A stretch of DNA of 64,000 nucleotides from the NCBI RefSeq assembly GCF_000315625.1, contig NW_005434642.1:345131-409130 (forward strand), given 5' to 3'. Position 1 is the stretch's first letter. Every line of letters starts with the position of its first letter. This DNA comes from Guillardia theta CCMP2712. Lineage: Eukaryota > Protista > Cryptophyta. Below the pieces are notes generated by a model. The model was not told where the DNA came from. It searched no databases and saw only the letters and a list, made by a program, of their open reading frames with translations. Below are positions 47,868 through 61,332 of the stretch, piece after piece. The position numbers and the translations under genes are program-made.

Positions 47868-48169
47868 AGGTGAAATGAGTTCTGATCACGTATCATGTAT
47901 TTTTCGCAAACAATTCGCAACTGGTGGACACTTCTAGCAGGAATATATTCGAGACCATCCATTAAACCAACAAATGTATTCCATACTTCCTCCTCTTGTG
48001 CAGCCACCTCCCATCCTGTGCTCCATTTCTCTCTTGCTCCGTCCTCTGTCCCCTTCTCCGTCCTCCATTCCTCCTTCTCCAGCCCCACTCGTTGCCAACC
48101 TTCCTTCTTCAGTTGGCACTTTCACTTCGCACCCTCCTCTTTGCTTTCTCCTCTTCTCCCTCGCTCCCT

Positions 48170-50516
48170 TCAGTGCGCGTCTGCCGTCCTGCTCGTGATC
48201 GTCGACGTCACCTGCGCGAGTTTGTCATCCTCCACCTCAACAACCTCCTCGACTCGACCTCGTCCAGCATCGGCGACATTATCCTACTGTGCTCCGTCAG
48301 CGTCGCCTCCACGCCTTCCCGCAGCCTTCGTTGCTCCTCGTAGAGCTGCTGGCAAGTCAAGGGGGAGCAAGGGCGGGAGCGGAGCTCTTCACCTCCGACG
48401 AGACGGCATGAGAGAACGTGAGGACGCGCAGAGTCTCGACGAGCGTCCGCAGACCATGCGCGATGACGGGGAGGAGGAGGGAGACCTTGTGGATCCTCAA
48501 GTGCTTGAAGCTCAGGTCGAGCACCTCCAGCGAGCTGGTCGCCTTGCTGGACCTGTAGACCTTGGCTTCCTCCGCGCTCATCTTGATCCCTTCCTCCTCC
48601 TCAACGATGATGACGAGCTCTCGCTCCATCTTCTCCACCTCCTGCAGGAAGGCGTCGGTCAGTGCCCTCCTCCCCTGTCCGTTGTCCTCCTCCTCCAGTG
48701 TGCTGGAGCATCGCACGATCGCCTGGGTCAGAGCATGCGATCGCAGCTGCACGTAGCGGCGGAGGAGAGCATCAAGGCACTTGCTCAGCGTACGCCTGAT
48801 GGAGGCGAGAGAGTTGGAGAGGACCTGAGCCTCGTGCCCGTGGCCCCCTGCTCCCCGGAGGTCGAGGTGTGAGGAGAGGGCAGGAAAGCCGTCCTCCAGT
48901 ATCCGCCGCCAGAAGCAGGCGAGCCGCAGGCTGAGCTCGGAGGAGGAGGAGGCGTGCGGGTCACCCTCGAGGAAGGAGCTGACGCAGATGGTGTCGAAAA
49001 GCCTCACCAGCTCCTCGTACGTCTCGTCGAAGATCAGCGGGCGGAGCTTCAGCATGACCTGCGTGTCGCTGGCCATGAACGCTCGGACCTTGTCCATGGC
49101 GCTGTCGCTCTGCTCAAGGAAGGAGGAGGAGGAAGAGGAGATCACATCCTTCACACTCTTGGACGAGACCTCAACCTCCCTGCGCGAGTCACTCACGCTC
49201 CTGGCGATGGCTCGCACCTGCTGCTGCACGAAGGAAGCAAGGTGCTCGAGGGTCAGCTGGACTCTCTTCTTCACGCAAATGTGCACCACTCGCTCTGCCT
49301 GTGGGAGCACGTTCCCCTCCGGCAGCACAGCCTCTACCCCTCTGACCGCGTCGTACCAGAGCTCGAGTTGGGAGAGGACGGCAGCAGCGTCCTCCGCAAG
49401 GTCCGGGTTTGCAACAGCAGCCTCCACAGCTGCGAAGTAAGACTGCAAGACCTGATGGCAGAGCTCTAGCAGATCCCTATTCATCTCCTCCTGTTCTTGC
49501 TCCTCGATCGTCCTCCCTTCCTCGCTAGCTCCATCCGCTGCCTCCTTGTCTCCTGGCTCCTGCTTCCCATCCTCCCTCTCCTTCTTGTCCTCCTTCCCTG
49601 CTGCCGGGGAGTGCAGATCCTGCTCGCCGTCGCGGGGAGCCAGGAAGAGCATCTGGTAGCTCAGCAGCATGTCCTTGACAAGATCGAGGAAGGTTCTCGA
49701 CAGAACTCCCTTGAGCTCTCCTACCTGCACTTTCTCCCCGGCATGCCGCACGTTATGCTTCAGCCGCACCCTCATTACCTCCAAGAAGTCGCTCTGGACG
49801 CTCCTCTTCGTCTCCCCCAGCTGGAGCAGCAGCAGAGCGCACTCCTGCAGCTCTGGCACGAGGGCCTCGTTGGACGACAACCTGGATCGCAGGCGCTCTT
49901 GCAGCAGAACGAGGATCTCGGTCGACTCTGCTTCCACTGCCTTGAAGGAGGGCACATGCCCGTACGCCCTCAGCACGGGGAGGGCGGTCCTCCAGTACTT
50001 GACCGCCTCTGCTCCTGCATCGAGCTCCACCGCCCTCTTGAGCCTCGTGGGGAGCTCGAAGATGAAGGAGAGCTTCTTGAGGAGGCGGCGGATGCCGTTG
50101 AGCCTCTGGATCCTCACCCGCCTCTCCGCGAGGTTTGAGTTGATCTTGAAGGAGGACTCCGTGATTTCCGACACCTTGGACGCCAGCCTCTCCATTTCCC
50201 CGTCCATCCCGTCCACCTTCTCCTTCATGGCGCGAATCGTCTCGGTAGCGCTGATGAACTTGTTGTAGTTCTCGTACACAAGCATCTGCATGTCACTGTC
50301 GAGCTCCTTGATCTCGGAGGACAGCTCGTTGCTCCTCCCCACGAGGTCAGGCAGGGGCTTGCTCTTGAGCAACGAGGACACGTAGGCGTCTGCATCGAAG
50401 TTGCTCGAGTCGATGTCGCTAGCACTCGCGTCATGCCGCACTGGGAGGTCGTAGAAGCCGCTGAAGCGCTGCCTCACGCGCAGAGCCGCAGCTGACGACT
50501 TATGATGGCTCTCCAT
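48170..50516 (-). CDS. VPS51: Vps51/Ang2 (GARP/EARP tethering complex subunit)
   Basis: DIDSSNFDADAYVSSLLKSKPL..LSSEIKELDSDMQMLVYENYNKFISATETIRAMK and LLKKLSFIFELPTRL; ATG at 50516; short terminal exons to a TGA at ~48170. Confidence 0.9.
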
Positions 50517-50553
50517 GGCGCGAGTATCACGAGGAGGAGGAGCAAGGACTAGG

Positions 50554-50595
<42 letters not shown>

Positions 50596-50752
50596 CCTCT
50601 CACTCTCTCCCCTGGTTCCCAGCGAGTTTCTCCTGTTTTTCCTATTTGCCCTCCTCCCCACTTTTCCCATCTGCTGCGAACCGCCTGCCACTGCCTGCGC
50701 CATGCCCCTCCCCCCCTCCCCGCCTTCCCCTCCCTCGTGTGTTGGACAGAAG

Positions 50753-51754
50753 ATGGCAGGAGGATTGTCGAGCTTCAGAGGAGGAGGATCAGGAGGAGGA
50801 GGAGGAGGAGGAGGAGGAAGAGGAACAGGAGGAACAGGAGGGACAGGAGGAGGAGGGCGAAGATCAGTAACTTACAGTCTCGTCCTCCTCCTTCTGTCGC
50901 TGGCAGCACTTGCCTCTGTGGATATCGCTCAGGCAGCCATGAGGCACGAGGAGAGCGACTCTCCGCTCGATCGCCTGAGCGAGCTCCTGCAGGAGGCCAG
51001 GGAAGACATCCACCAGCACATGGCGGACGAGACGCCGCAAGGGGAGGAGGAAGGAGAGGAGGGGAGGAGGAGGTATGAGCGCGTGAGTTTCAACAGGTTC
51101 GATCAGAACGCTGACGGGTTCTTCAACTTCCAAGAGTACCAGAAGGCCATGATCGAGGATCTAGAGGCCAGCGGGACAGGAGGGAGCTTGAAGGAGGCCA
51201 GCGGGACAGGAGGGAGCTTGAAGGAGGCCAGCGGGACAGGAGGGAGCTTGAAGGAGGCCAGCGGGAAGTCTGCCATGGACCTGGTGGCCAAGCGCTACTT
51301 GGAGGAGCTGGCGCAACAGTTCGACCGGGAAGACGAGGACAAGGACGGCAGGATCTCCTTCGAGGAGTGGTGGAGTGCAGTCAGGAGCAGCAGGGAGGGA
51401 GAAGAAACCGAGGAGTCTCCTCCTCTTGCCCAGGGTTACGACCAGGAGGAAGAGCTCAAGTTCATCTTCCACATGATGGACGAGAATGCAGACGGGCAGC
51501 TGTCACATCCCGAGCTCGCCAAGGGGCTAGACTTGGGGGTTGGGAGGAGTGGAAGCAGCACCGAGGAGGTGATAGCGAGGATGGATGCAAACAAAGATGG
51601 GTTTGTTAACATCACTGAGTACCTCGATTCCTACGGCAGCCAATCCTCGCAGGCAGTATACGAGTTCCTGCTCAGATCCTTTCAAGCGCTGGACGAGGAC
51701 TACATGATGCAAAATTTTGAACAGAGTCGACAGGAAGGGAACAAGACGGGATAG
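50753..51754 (+). CDS. Secreted/luminal EF-hand Ca2+-binding protein (4 EF-hands, CREC-like)
   Basis: Hydrophobic signal YSLVLLLLSLAALASVDIAQA; EF loops DQNADGFFNFQE, DEDKDGRISFEE, DENADGQLSHPE, DANKDGFVNITE. Confidence 0.85.
   Translation: MAGGLSSFRGGGSGGGGGGGGGRGTGGTGGTGGGGRRSVTYSLVLLLLSLAALASVDIAQAAMRHEESDSPLDRLSELLQEAREDIHQHMADETPQGEEEGEEGRRRYERVSFNRFDQNADGFFNFQEYQKAMIEDLEASGTGGSLKEASGTGGSLKEASGTGGSLKEASGKSAMDLVAKRYLEELAQQFDREDEDKDGRISFEEWWSAVRSSREGEETEESPPLAQGYDQEEELKFIFHMMDENADGQLSHPELAKGLDLGVGRSGSSTEEVIARMDANKDGFVNITEYLDSYGSQSSQAVYEFLLRSFQALDEDYMMQNFEQSRQEGNKTG
51164..51265 (+). repeat. 30-bp in-frame tandem repeat (EASGTGGSLK x3+)
   Basis: gaggccagcgggacaggagggagcttgaag repeated three times plus a partial unit. 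Confidence 0.95.
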
Positions 51755-51930
51755 ATAGCATCGTGGGATCGATGCCATGGACGAGGCTCCAGCCCATCAT
51801 GCCAGGATCCTGGTTGACAACGACAGCAGCATGTAGTTCATGACATCTCCTGTCTGCTCAGATGAGCTATCAGCCATGTTAGCAGACATGTGTTTGTATG
51901 CTACCATCATGATGAAGCTGGTGAACAGAC

Positions 51931-53175
51931 TTAAAGCTGCGCCTGCACTATCATGTCAGGCTGGGCAGCAAGGAGGACGAGGGTCACTGGAGGAGAGCTG
52001 AAAGACCGCGATGCTCCTCGGATACCTCGACCTGAGCTCGGCAAAGGTGGCGACGACCAGGACCTGAAGCATGCTTCAGTCACATGCGAGCACGTGGAGA
52101 AGCATGGAGCAAGCAGGGGGAACGACGAGGACGAGAGCGAGAGATGAAGGGCAGGAGGTGGTTCAACATCCAAGGAGACATCACCCCGAAGACAATCCTC
52201 AGCGTGACCTCGAAGACTTGAGCATGGAAATCATTTCAGCATCTCATCCGCACCCTCGGCCTGATCAGCATACCGATAGAACGAGGTCGAAGGTCCTGGG
52301 TCCCGTCGGAACTCGCCTATACAGCATATCAGCACGCCGGTTGTCCGTTAGTGCAGCTGACCCCTCTGAAGAGCCCGATGGACGAGACGGATATGGCAAA
52401 CCAACTCTCTGCGTGCTCAAGTCAAGCTCGCAGGTCAGCAAGGGACTCGTGACCGAGCAGCGATATGCAGCCAGCCATCAACGCCTGCGTCCGATTGCTC
52501 ACTTTCTGCACAAGACGGTTCAGCTCTGGGCTGCTGGGCGTTTTGAATCTGTTTACATAGGCGGTGATAAAAGATGTAAACGTAGGAAACAGCACTCGCG
52601 GCAGTCGGAGGAAGCTTGACTGTTTCCCAGCGTGTCATTTCCAAGAGGGTAGAAAGAAGTTCCTTGTACAATTACTGCGATGACCGAGAAGATGAGGTAG
52701 TCTTGGAGCTGAACACCTCCATGTTCCTGGTCTCCATCAGTGCACAGAAATCGATCATCACGACTCACCCTCCTAACCACGTCACGAGGCCTCTGCATGA
52801 TATCCTAGTAGAACACCAGTGCGTGCAGATGTGCGACACGGACAGCGCAACGTTGCCTTGCTATGTTGATGCTTTGATTGTACTCACGTTTTCTAGTTGT
52901 ACTTCTCCTTTTTCACAGCCAGCTGCCCTGCTACTTGCTGCGGCTGCGTTATTATTGCTAGCTTGCCTTGCCTTCTTCTATCCTTGAATCAACATGAGAG
53001 AGGCAAATCTTCCTTTCTCATCCATAGTCTCCTCCTCCCTCAACCACGTCCTCTTCCTCTCTCCTTCTCTTCCTCTCTCCTTCTCTTCCTCTCTCCTTCT
53101 CTTCCGCTCATGCCTGGCCTCCTCGTCGGCACCTCGTCGGCTGTGCCCATACGTCAACAAGCGGATCTTGCATTA
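51931..53175 (-). CDS. Possible small multi-exon membrane protein
   Basis: Hydrophobic minus-strand segments (YLIFSVIAVIVQG, SWFAISVSSIGLF, VFEVTLRIVFGVM, VLVVATFAEL) between GT/AG sites; gene model unresolved. Confidence 0.4.
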
Positions 53176-54849
53176 TTATTAGTTGGATGCACTCCTTCTC
53201 TATCTCTGCCGGGCCCGAGGCCACATACACTTTCTGCCAGTGATGCCGGCCCCGCTGAGGCCCTTGGGCCCGGCCGGGCCTAGCTTGACAAGTCGCCGGC
53301 TCAGTGCGAGTCACTACCTCAGCCGCCTGTAAAGGGAGGAGTCTCTGAGGCGGGTCTGGGTTTGTGCAGTTAATTTCGTCAGCTCACCGCAGCAGTTGCT
53401 TTACTCAAAGTTAAGTTAAAAGTCAGTACGAGGCAGAGGGCTTGACCCCGACACTATGTCGCCTATGGGTGACTCCTAAAAATAAAATTTCACGACAGTT
53501 TTAAATATTACTAATCTAATATTCAATTTACAGAACAACATTTGTGTAAATTTGGAATAAAGTTGACAAAGGCAACTCCGAAGCACCGCCATCGAAAATT
53601 TCCCCGAAGTCGCGGTATTACCGGGGTGGCACCTGGTATGTACGCAGATAACGCGGAAGACTGCAACCTTCATTACCACCGTACCCCTGCTTTCCCTATG
53701 AAGTACCCCTCTTTCCGTGGGCAAGTTGTCAACTTCTGTAGGGTGACGCCGTGTGACATTTGGCACCACCCTAGGTACCCTTCATGCTCAAGGTGACTTC
53801 TCAGTACCTCTCAGTACCCCCTGTACCTCCTGATTGTACCCCCTTTACCCCCTCGTTGTACTGCAACAGTACCCCATGGTTGACCACCGCAATTTCCGGT
53901 CCCGGCATTTTCCGTGGAGCGAGTCCAAGAGGACCCCTACCTCCAATACCCCAGTAATTTACTACACCCCCAGAAAAGTTTTCGACCACCCCTCCATATG
54001 ATCGTAGTAAGTACTGCCATCCACCCCTCCTACCTCGATTCAAACTCTGCCACCCACCTCAGCCATAATGTAACTGATCGAAATTAACCATAATGACTAC
54101 GCTAAAGCTCAAAGTACCCTACCACCAATCGACTTCTAGACACCCACCCCTATTTTTGAGCTCGGAGCCACCCACCCACCCAGCCTTGACATCTTTATAA
54201 TGCACCGCCCTTCCCCGAATATGCTGACCCTGGTTCCTTACTCCCTACCCCCTTATTACAGATGAAAATGGTTTGCAAACGGGGGTACTTGGAAACATAT
54301 TGAATGTTTTTTTTTTGGGGGGGGGGTACCCCTACCCTCAATGTAATAAAGCTCGACATACCTACCACAGACTTTGTCCACTTTTATGCTTCTCAAGACT
54401 CTTTAGAAGGGGTAGGGTAGTACTACCCACCCTCTAATCAGGTTCACTTCGGACCATGTATCCCAGAGCTCGGGAAATCAGCCAGATGCCTGAAGACAAC
54501 ATGATGAGCGCAGCGACAAGCTTGCGATGCAGGGACAGAAGTGAGGAGCCCACAGCATGTAGAGCGAGAGAAGATGTGAGAAAAAAGAAAGAGATAAATG
54601 GAAGGACAAGTTGCGCTGAAACAAACTTGGAGGATGGAAAAAACAGCAGTAAATGTTCGTTGAGATCAAAAAATTGTTGGAAGTAGGGAGAGGAGGTCGG
54701 AGGCACGATATAGTTCAACCATGCAGTAGAATATGAGAAGTTAAGATATTGCATATCCAAGTTAGGAACAACACACCTTCATGTGGGAAATGCACGAGTT
54801 GACCTGAAAAATGTATCAAGATAGTGTTGCTTTCATGCTTTGACAGAAA

Positions 54850-55374
54850 ATGCAGATCCCAAGGCTTCGAGAACGACCTGGTTTTCTCGAGATCATGCAA
54901 GCCGATCAAATTTTGCCTCTCCCTTCGTTCCAAGAAGTGATGAGCATGCTCAAGACGTCTGAATTGATACCAGATACAATCTCCACCTTCATCAAGCCGA
55001 CTGAGATTCGACTGAGTACCATTGCGCATGTGTGCCAACACCGAGACAAGCAGGAGCACGCCAGCTCCCATCGTCTCCTGAACCAATCGAACCCCGTCCT
55101 CTCCAGGCCCTCTGCCATCTACCCTGCAGCGAGCGGCGCGATCAGAGTAGTGGACTCGTTGGACTCGTCGAAGCCGTCGTACTATCGGGAGCAGAATATG
55201 AAGGTGTCTGTGGTGGGCATCGGGAGCTATCAGAGTATCATGAAAGCGAATGCGATCAAATCGAAATCCAAGAATAAGAGGGGACCGTATAGCTGCGCTG
55301 TCTCCTGTCCAGACTGTAGGAGAAAGAAGAGAGTTTGTGGGCAAGGAAAGCTGGTGAGAATGCTTGTTATGATA

Positions 55375-55408
<34 letters not shown>

Positions 55409-55621
55409 TAGTCTTCGTTTCCTGACACCTTTGCTTTCAGGGGTGTACGGGCAAGCAAGTTTTCAACCAGGTGACTGATCTAACGTCGCTCATTGAGTCA
55501 GATGTAACCTTGTGACCAGGCGTGCTTGTCATGCAAGCGGTTGAAAATCAAGTGCAACGGCCAGCACCCTCACTGCGCCAAGTTACACCAATTGCAAGAG
55601 GTTAAGATTGAAACAAAGTGA
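54850..55621 (+). CDS. Putative transcription factor with two GAL4/Zn2Cys6-like half motifs
   Basis: Spliced C-terminus KRGPYSCAVSCPDCRRKKRVCGQGKL/GCTGKQVFNQ/ACLSCKRLKIKCNGQHPHCAKLHQ..., stop at 55619-55621; 5' end uncertain. Confidence 0.65.
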
Positions 55622-55765
55622 CAAAACCTCGCCTCTGTGAAATATTTGTTACAAAATCATTAGGATACTAGAGTATACGCAAAGAAAACCACCTAACATC
55701 CTAATCATCATCACACTTATATACATCCAAATCTCTTAATCTTGCTTCACTGTCTGCTCTCCGCC

Positions 55766-58700
55766 CTAGTTGGGCTCAGTCCCTTCTTTCCCTTCCAGCG
55801 CTTTCTCCTCCTGATTGATCTTCTCTTTCCCTTCCTCCTCTTTCCCTTCCTCCCTCCCTTCCTTGACCTCCTCCTGAGAAGCTTTTCCCTGCTCGCCAGC
55901 CGCTTCCTCCTGTACAGCTGCTAGTACCTCTTCTGCCTGCCCTTCTTTCGCTTCATCATCCATTGCTTGCTCTTCCTCCTCCATAACCGGCTCGAGTTGT
56001 GACACGGAAGGGTCCACGAGCTCGTCCCCCTCGCTGGCAGCATCGAGATCCTTCTCGCTCGACGTTTCCTCCGCCCCCTGAAGGATCAGGTCATGATTTC
56101 TTCACAGCCGAAGTGAAGGCATGTACGAGAAGGGGAAGAGGAGGAAGAGGAAGAAGGAACGATTCCTAAACAGGGAGGAGGTCGAGGGAGGAGCAAGCAG
56201 ATCAGAGGACAGTTACCTTCTTCCCTCCTTCGTCCATGACAATCTCGCTCAACGACTCCACGATCTTGTCCACTTCTTCGATCCTTGTCTTGATGCTTCT
56301 GACCTCCTCCGTGCTGCTCTGCATGCTCCTCCTCAGCTCCTCGAATGGCTCCACTGCCTTGGTCAAGACGTCCACCGACGCCTGCAGGGCCTGAACACGG
56401 AGCGACAGCTCTTGCCGCATGCCCTCCTGCCCGTGGAGCATTTCAACTGCCATCAGCAAGTCGTCCACCTTCCCCCTCACGGCCTCGTCCTCGCTCCTCT
56501 GCCCTGCTCTCTTCACCTCCTCCGCCATCTGCGCCAACTTCCCCCCAAGCTCCCCCATCTTCTCCTGGGCCGTGACCGTAGCGCTGCTTGTAGTCTGCAA
56601 GTTTGCAAGCGCGAGCTCGATGCGGTCTGAAAGGACATCCACCCTCCTGTCCACGTCCTCCCGGAGGTTCTGAGCTTGCACCTCATGATCCGACAGGTTC
56701 ACCTCCACCTCTCGCAAGTCCTGCGACAGAGGAAGCAGCTTCAGCGTCACCGTCTCCTGCATCTCCTCCTTGATCAGCGGGGGAATTCTCCTCTCCAGCA
56801 ACTCCCTCCCCAGCTCTTCCACGGAGGCGGCGGCAACGGCCTTAGCGTCCTCGATGGCAAAGCGGAGCAAGGCTTCCTGCTCCTTGACGACGAGCGAGGA
56901 CACCATACCCTCCATCACGTGCCTGCACTCCTCCTCCCGAGCCAGCGCTTCTAGCTCCGTCCTAGTCACCTCCAGCACCTTACGGATCTGCTTCATGTCC
57001 TCCTCCACCTCTCGGAGCCCTTCCTCCTGCGAGGTTCTCAAGCTCCCTTCCACTTCCCCGATCATCTCCTTCACCTTCGCCACCTCCTCCTCCACCTGCC
57101 CCACCTGCTCGCCCACCTTCTTCACGCTCTCCTCTATCTCCACCCGTTGTGCTGCCATATCCTCCCTGGCCTGCTCAAACACCGCTGCCGCAGCCTCCTT
57201 CCCCTCCTCCATCCTTCTCTGCTGCTTCTCTAGCTCGACCTTGATGTCGTTCACCAGCTCCAGATGCAGAGCATGCTGCCGCTGAAACTCAGACACCAGC
57301 TCGACGTTCTGCTCATCCAGTCTGATCGCAAGCATGTCGATCCTGTACTTGACTCCCTCCTCTCCATTCACCTCCTCCTCCAGGCTCTGCACCCTGCTGG
57401 CGATCGCCTGGAGCCTCCTCCGCTCCTCCTCCTCGCTCCTGTCCACCTCCGCTCGCAAGTTTGAGTTCATCTCCTCCTGCAACGCCTGGATCGTCTGCAG
57501 GAAAGGAAGAGCGTCAGCGGCTCGTTGGCAGAGGAAGCTTCCTGTACCTTGCGAACATCCGACAGCTGCTGCTGGTTCAGATTCCTCTCCTCCTCCATCT
57601 GCCTGTGCAGCACTGTCGTGTCGCCGCGCAGCTCCGTCAGAGCATGATCCACCCTGCTCCCCACCCTGCTCGCCGCGTCCTCGATCTCCATCCTGTACTT
57701 CTGCAGGCTCTCGTCCTGGCGACTCTGATGCACTTGAAGCTCCTGGAGGAAGGAGTCAGAAAGAGGAGGAGACAAAGGAAAGTATAGAGAACGAATCATC
57801 GTGAGCAGTAAAGGAAGTAGGAAGGAAAATGTAGAGGACTGGGGGAGACAGGGGAGGAGGAGGAGAAGAGAAAAGGAGGGTTTCCTCCTTTGCCTACCTC
57901 CAACTTCTTGAGGAGGAAGTCACGAGTTTTGCTCAACTTGGCGTTCAGATCTCCAACGACTCCTCCTGATTCCGATCCTCCTCCTCCTCCTCCTCCTCCT
58001 CCTCCCCCCGCCTCGAATCTTTCGCGCTCTCCATATCCTCGGCTCTCCTTCTCGACCTGCTCGAGCCCTCGGGACCCGCTCGACGATGCGAACACTGCAG
58101 GGGCAGCATGAGCAGCAGAAGGAGAACAGCAGGTGAAGAGAAAGGGAAGGAGGGAGAACAAGAGGGAGAAGGAAAGGAAGGCGAGGAGGAGGCGGGAGAA
58201 GAATGAGGACAGGAGGGGAGAAGAGGAAAGGTTGAAGAGAGAGGGAAAGCAGAGAAGTCAAGGATAGGGGGAGGAAGGGAAGCTGCGGAGGAAGGAGCAA
58301 AGAAGACGGGAGGGAGGAAGGGACTGACAGTCTCGCTCAAGCTTCGCCATCTTCCTCTCCACCTCCTGGCATCGCTGCGACACGGTGCTGCTCCACACGT
58401 CTGCCGCCGCCCTCCCCTCGTGAACGCTCTCCTCAAGCTGATCGATTCTCCTCCCGCTCCTCTCCGACGCCCTCGCCAGCTCCTCCTTCACACGCTCCAG
58501 GCTCATGTTGACCCTCCGCTCCCCTTCCTCCGCCGCCTCCTCCACGCTCTTGATCCTGCTCTCCACCTGCCTGCTGCTGCCTCTGCTCTCCGTCCTCGCC
58601 GCCTTGAGGTCATGGTCCAGCTGGGAGATCCTGTCGCTCTGCAGCTCGAGCTCCCTCCTCAAGCTACTCGCCAGCGACCCCACGGCCTCTTGCATGCTCG

Positions 58701-60395
58701 CCTGCCGAGAGTCAGAGCGAGGAGAGGGAGGGGAGGAAGAGGTGAAGGCGGAGAACAAGGAAGGAAGAGACGAAGGGAATGAGCAACGGGTGGCAGGTAG
58801 GAAGAAGGAGACGAGAGGAGGGAAAGGTCAGTAGCGTACACCGTGCTGTAAAGCCNNNNNNNNNNNNNNNNNNNNNNNNNNNNNNNNNNNNNNNNNNNNN
58901 NNNNNNNNNNNNNNNNNNNNNNNNNNNNNNNNNNNNNNNNNNNNNNNNNNNNNNNTGATCATATCCCTTGTCGTCCTCTCTATGATCCCCTCCAGCTCGC
59001 TCGTCTCTTTCTCAATCCTCTGCTCCATCCTCCCCATCTCCTCGTGCAGCTCCCGCGTGTCGCTCTCGCAAAGGTCCACGCAAGCGTCAAGCGCTCGCTG
59101 CAGCCGTGTCGATCCTCCCCCCAACCTCCCTCCACCTCTCTTGCTCCGCTCCTCTCCTACCCTCCAGCTCCGACTGCACTCTCCTCACCAGCTCGTCCCT
59201 CCCGTTCTCCAGCGCCTTCACCCTGTTGTCCATCACCTCCAGCAAGTCCCTCCCTTCCTGCATGCCGGACATAGCTCCCCTCCTCACCATCATCCTCAGT
59301 TCGTCCACCTCCTCCTCCACAGCCACCATCCTCCTCGACGCCTCCTGCTCCGCCTCCTCCCGCTGCTTCACCTCCTGCGTGAGGTCAGCGAGGATGCTCT
59401 TGATGCTCTTCGAGTGCGAGTTGCTCTTAGCCTGCAGCAGCTTCAAGCTCGCTGCTGTCGCCGTCTCCTCCCCGCCCTCCTCCCTCCTCCCCTCCTTCCC
59501 TGCCTCTGCCTCCAGAAACGCGAGCCTCTGCCCCAGCTCCTCCTGCCCCTTCATCCTCCCTCGAATTTCCGCGCGGACCACCTCCTCCAGGTAGGAGCTG
59601 GACTTTGCCCAGCCCTCTGTCGCCTCCTCCGACAGCCGCCGCAGCTCTAGCCTCACCTGCTTCATCGTCCTACTATTGTGCTCCTCCTGCTCCCCGGCTG
59701 TAACCTCCAGCCTCCTGACCGCTTCCTCCGTCCTCGCGCTCATCTCCTCCAGTCGCTGCATCGTCGTTCGCTCGCTCTGCTCCACCGTTCGGATCAGCTC
59801 GTTCATCCTCGAGTGCAAGTCTGTCAGCCTGGCCTCTGTCTCTTTCCTCACTAGCTGCTGCTGCTGCTCCCGTGCGTTCCCTTCCGCCTGATCAACGCAA
59901 ATCAGCCTCAGGAGAGTGTGACAAGGAGAGGAGGGAAGGTGAGGAGAGGAGAGAGGCGAGGGCGTTAGGACAGGGTTGAAGGGAGAAGGACGAAGTGGAA
60001 GGCGAGGAGGAGGACCTGGTTCTTGACAAGCAGCGATGAGTCCCTCTCCTCCATCTCCTGCTGGACGCTGTTGAGGTCGAGCTGGAGGGCATGCAGCGTC
60101 TGCCTCATCCTCTCCTGCAGGGTGTGATGGTTGCTCGCAAGCATCTCCCTGACCGCCTCCTCCGTCCCCTTGTTCGCCTCCTCCCCCGCGCTCCTCATCA
60201 CACGGATGGCCTGCTCTAGCTCCAGCAGCTTCACCTCCATCTCCCTCCTGTGCGTCACGTGGTACTGGACCTGAGACGCTCCCTGCCCAGACATCATGAG
60301 GGGAACCACCTACGTCATGCCCCCCTCCACATCTTGATCATCGTCTCCATCAGTGTATCATGACTCAAATTCTCCTCCTCCAAACCCCTCTCACC

Positions 60396-60464
<69 letters not shown>

Positions 60465-61281
60465 TTTTTCCCTCGACCTCCTCCTCCGGCTTCATCTTCA
60501 TCGAAACCACCTCCTTCACCATCATTCGCACAGTCTCAAATATTATCCCACCACCTCCGACACCATCACCATCACACAACTCAGTCTCCATCTTACATGC
60601 TGGAGAATCGATGCCTCTGCTGTCTCCACCGCATGCAGTCGCTTCTCCATCGCGTTCATCAGCAAATTCTGCTGCTCCAACGTGTCTCTCATCATCTCCG
60701 CCTGTCGCCTCTCCTGCTCTGCCGCCAGCTGAAGCTCGTTCATCTGCCGTCCTGCAGTCATGCTCCCACCCCTCCACCCCTCCTCCAGTACCGCTCCACC
60801 CCTCATATCCTTCCAACCCCCACCTCCCTCCTCTTGGCACTTCCCTCTTCTTCCCCTGATCCTTATCCTTTTGCACGCTCTCTCCCCGCGCTCCTCCTCC
60901 CTCCCCTCCCTCCCTCTCCTCCCTCCTCCCCTCCCTCCCCCTCCCTCCCTCCCCTCCCTCCCTCCCCTCCCTCTCCTCACCTTCCGCAGGGCCGACGCTG
61001 CTCTCTCCGAATCGATCGATGCCACTTGCTCCAGGTGAGAATGAAGCTTGTGCGCGATGTCCCGCTCAAGCTGCAGAAGCTTCTCATGAGGAGCAAGCAT
61101 CTTGCTGTCCGCCCTCAACGACGCATTCTCGATCTCCAGAGCCTATTGAATCATCACCGTCATCTAGATTATCATCGCCGCCGCATACAACAACACAGCT
61201 ACACTCCTCCTCCTCCTCCTCCTCCTCCTCCTCCTCCTCCTCCTCCTCAACTAATGATTATCCCTGTAGTTATATAGCGAA

Positions 61282-61332
<51 letters not shown>

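Noticed and set aside
47895-48872. 325-aa plus-strand ORF
   Set aside because: Antisense to the Vps51 3' end and its pyrimidine-rich flank
60360-61277. Pro-rich 305-aa ORF (PAPAPA...)
   Set aside because: Built from intronic microsatellites antisense to the coiled-coil gene
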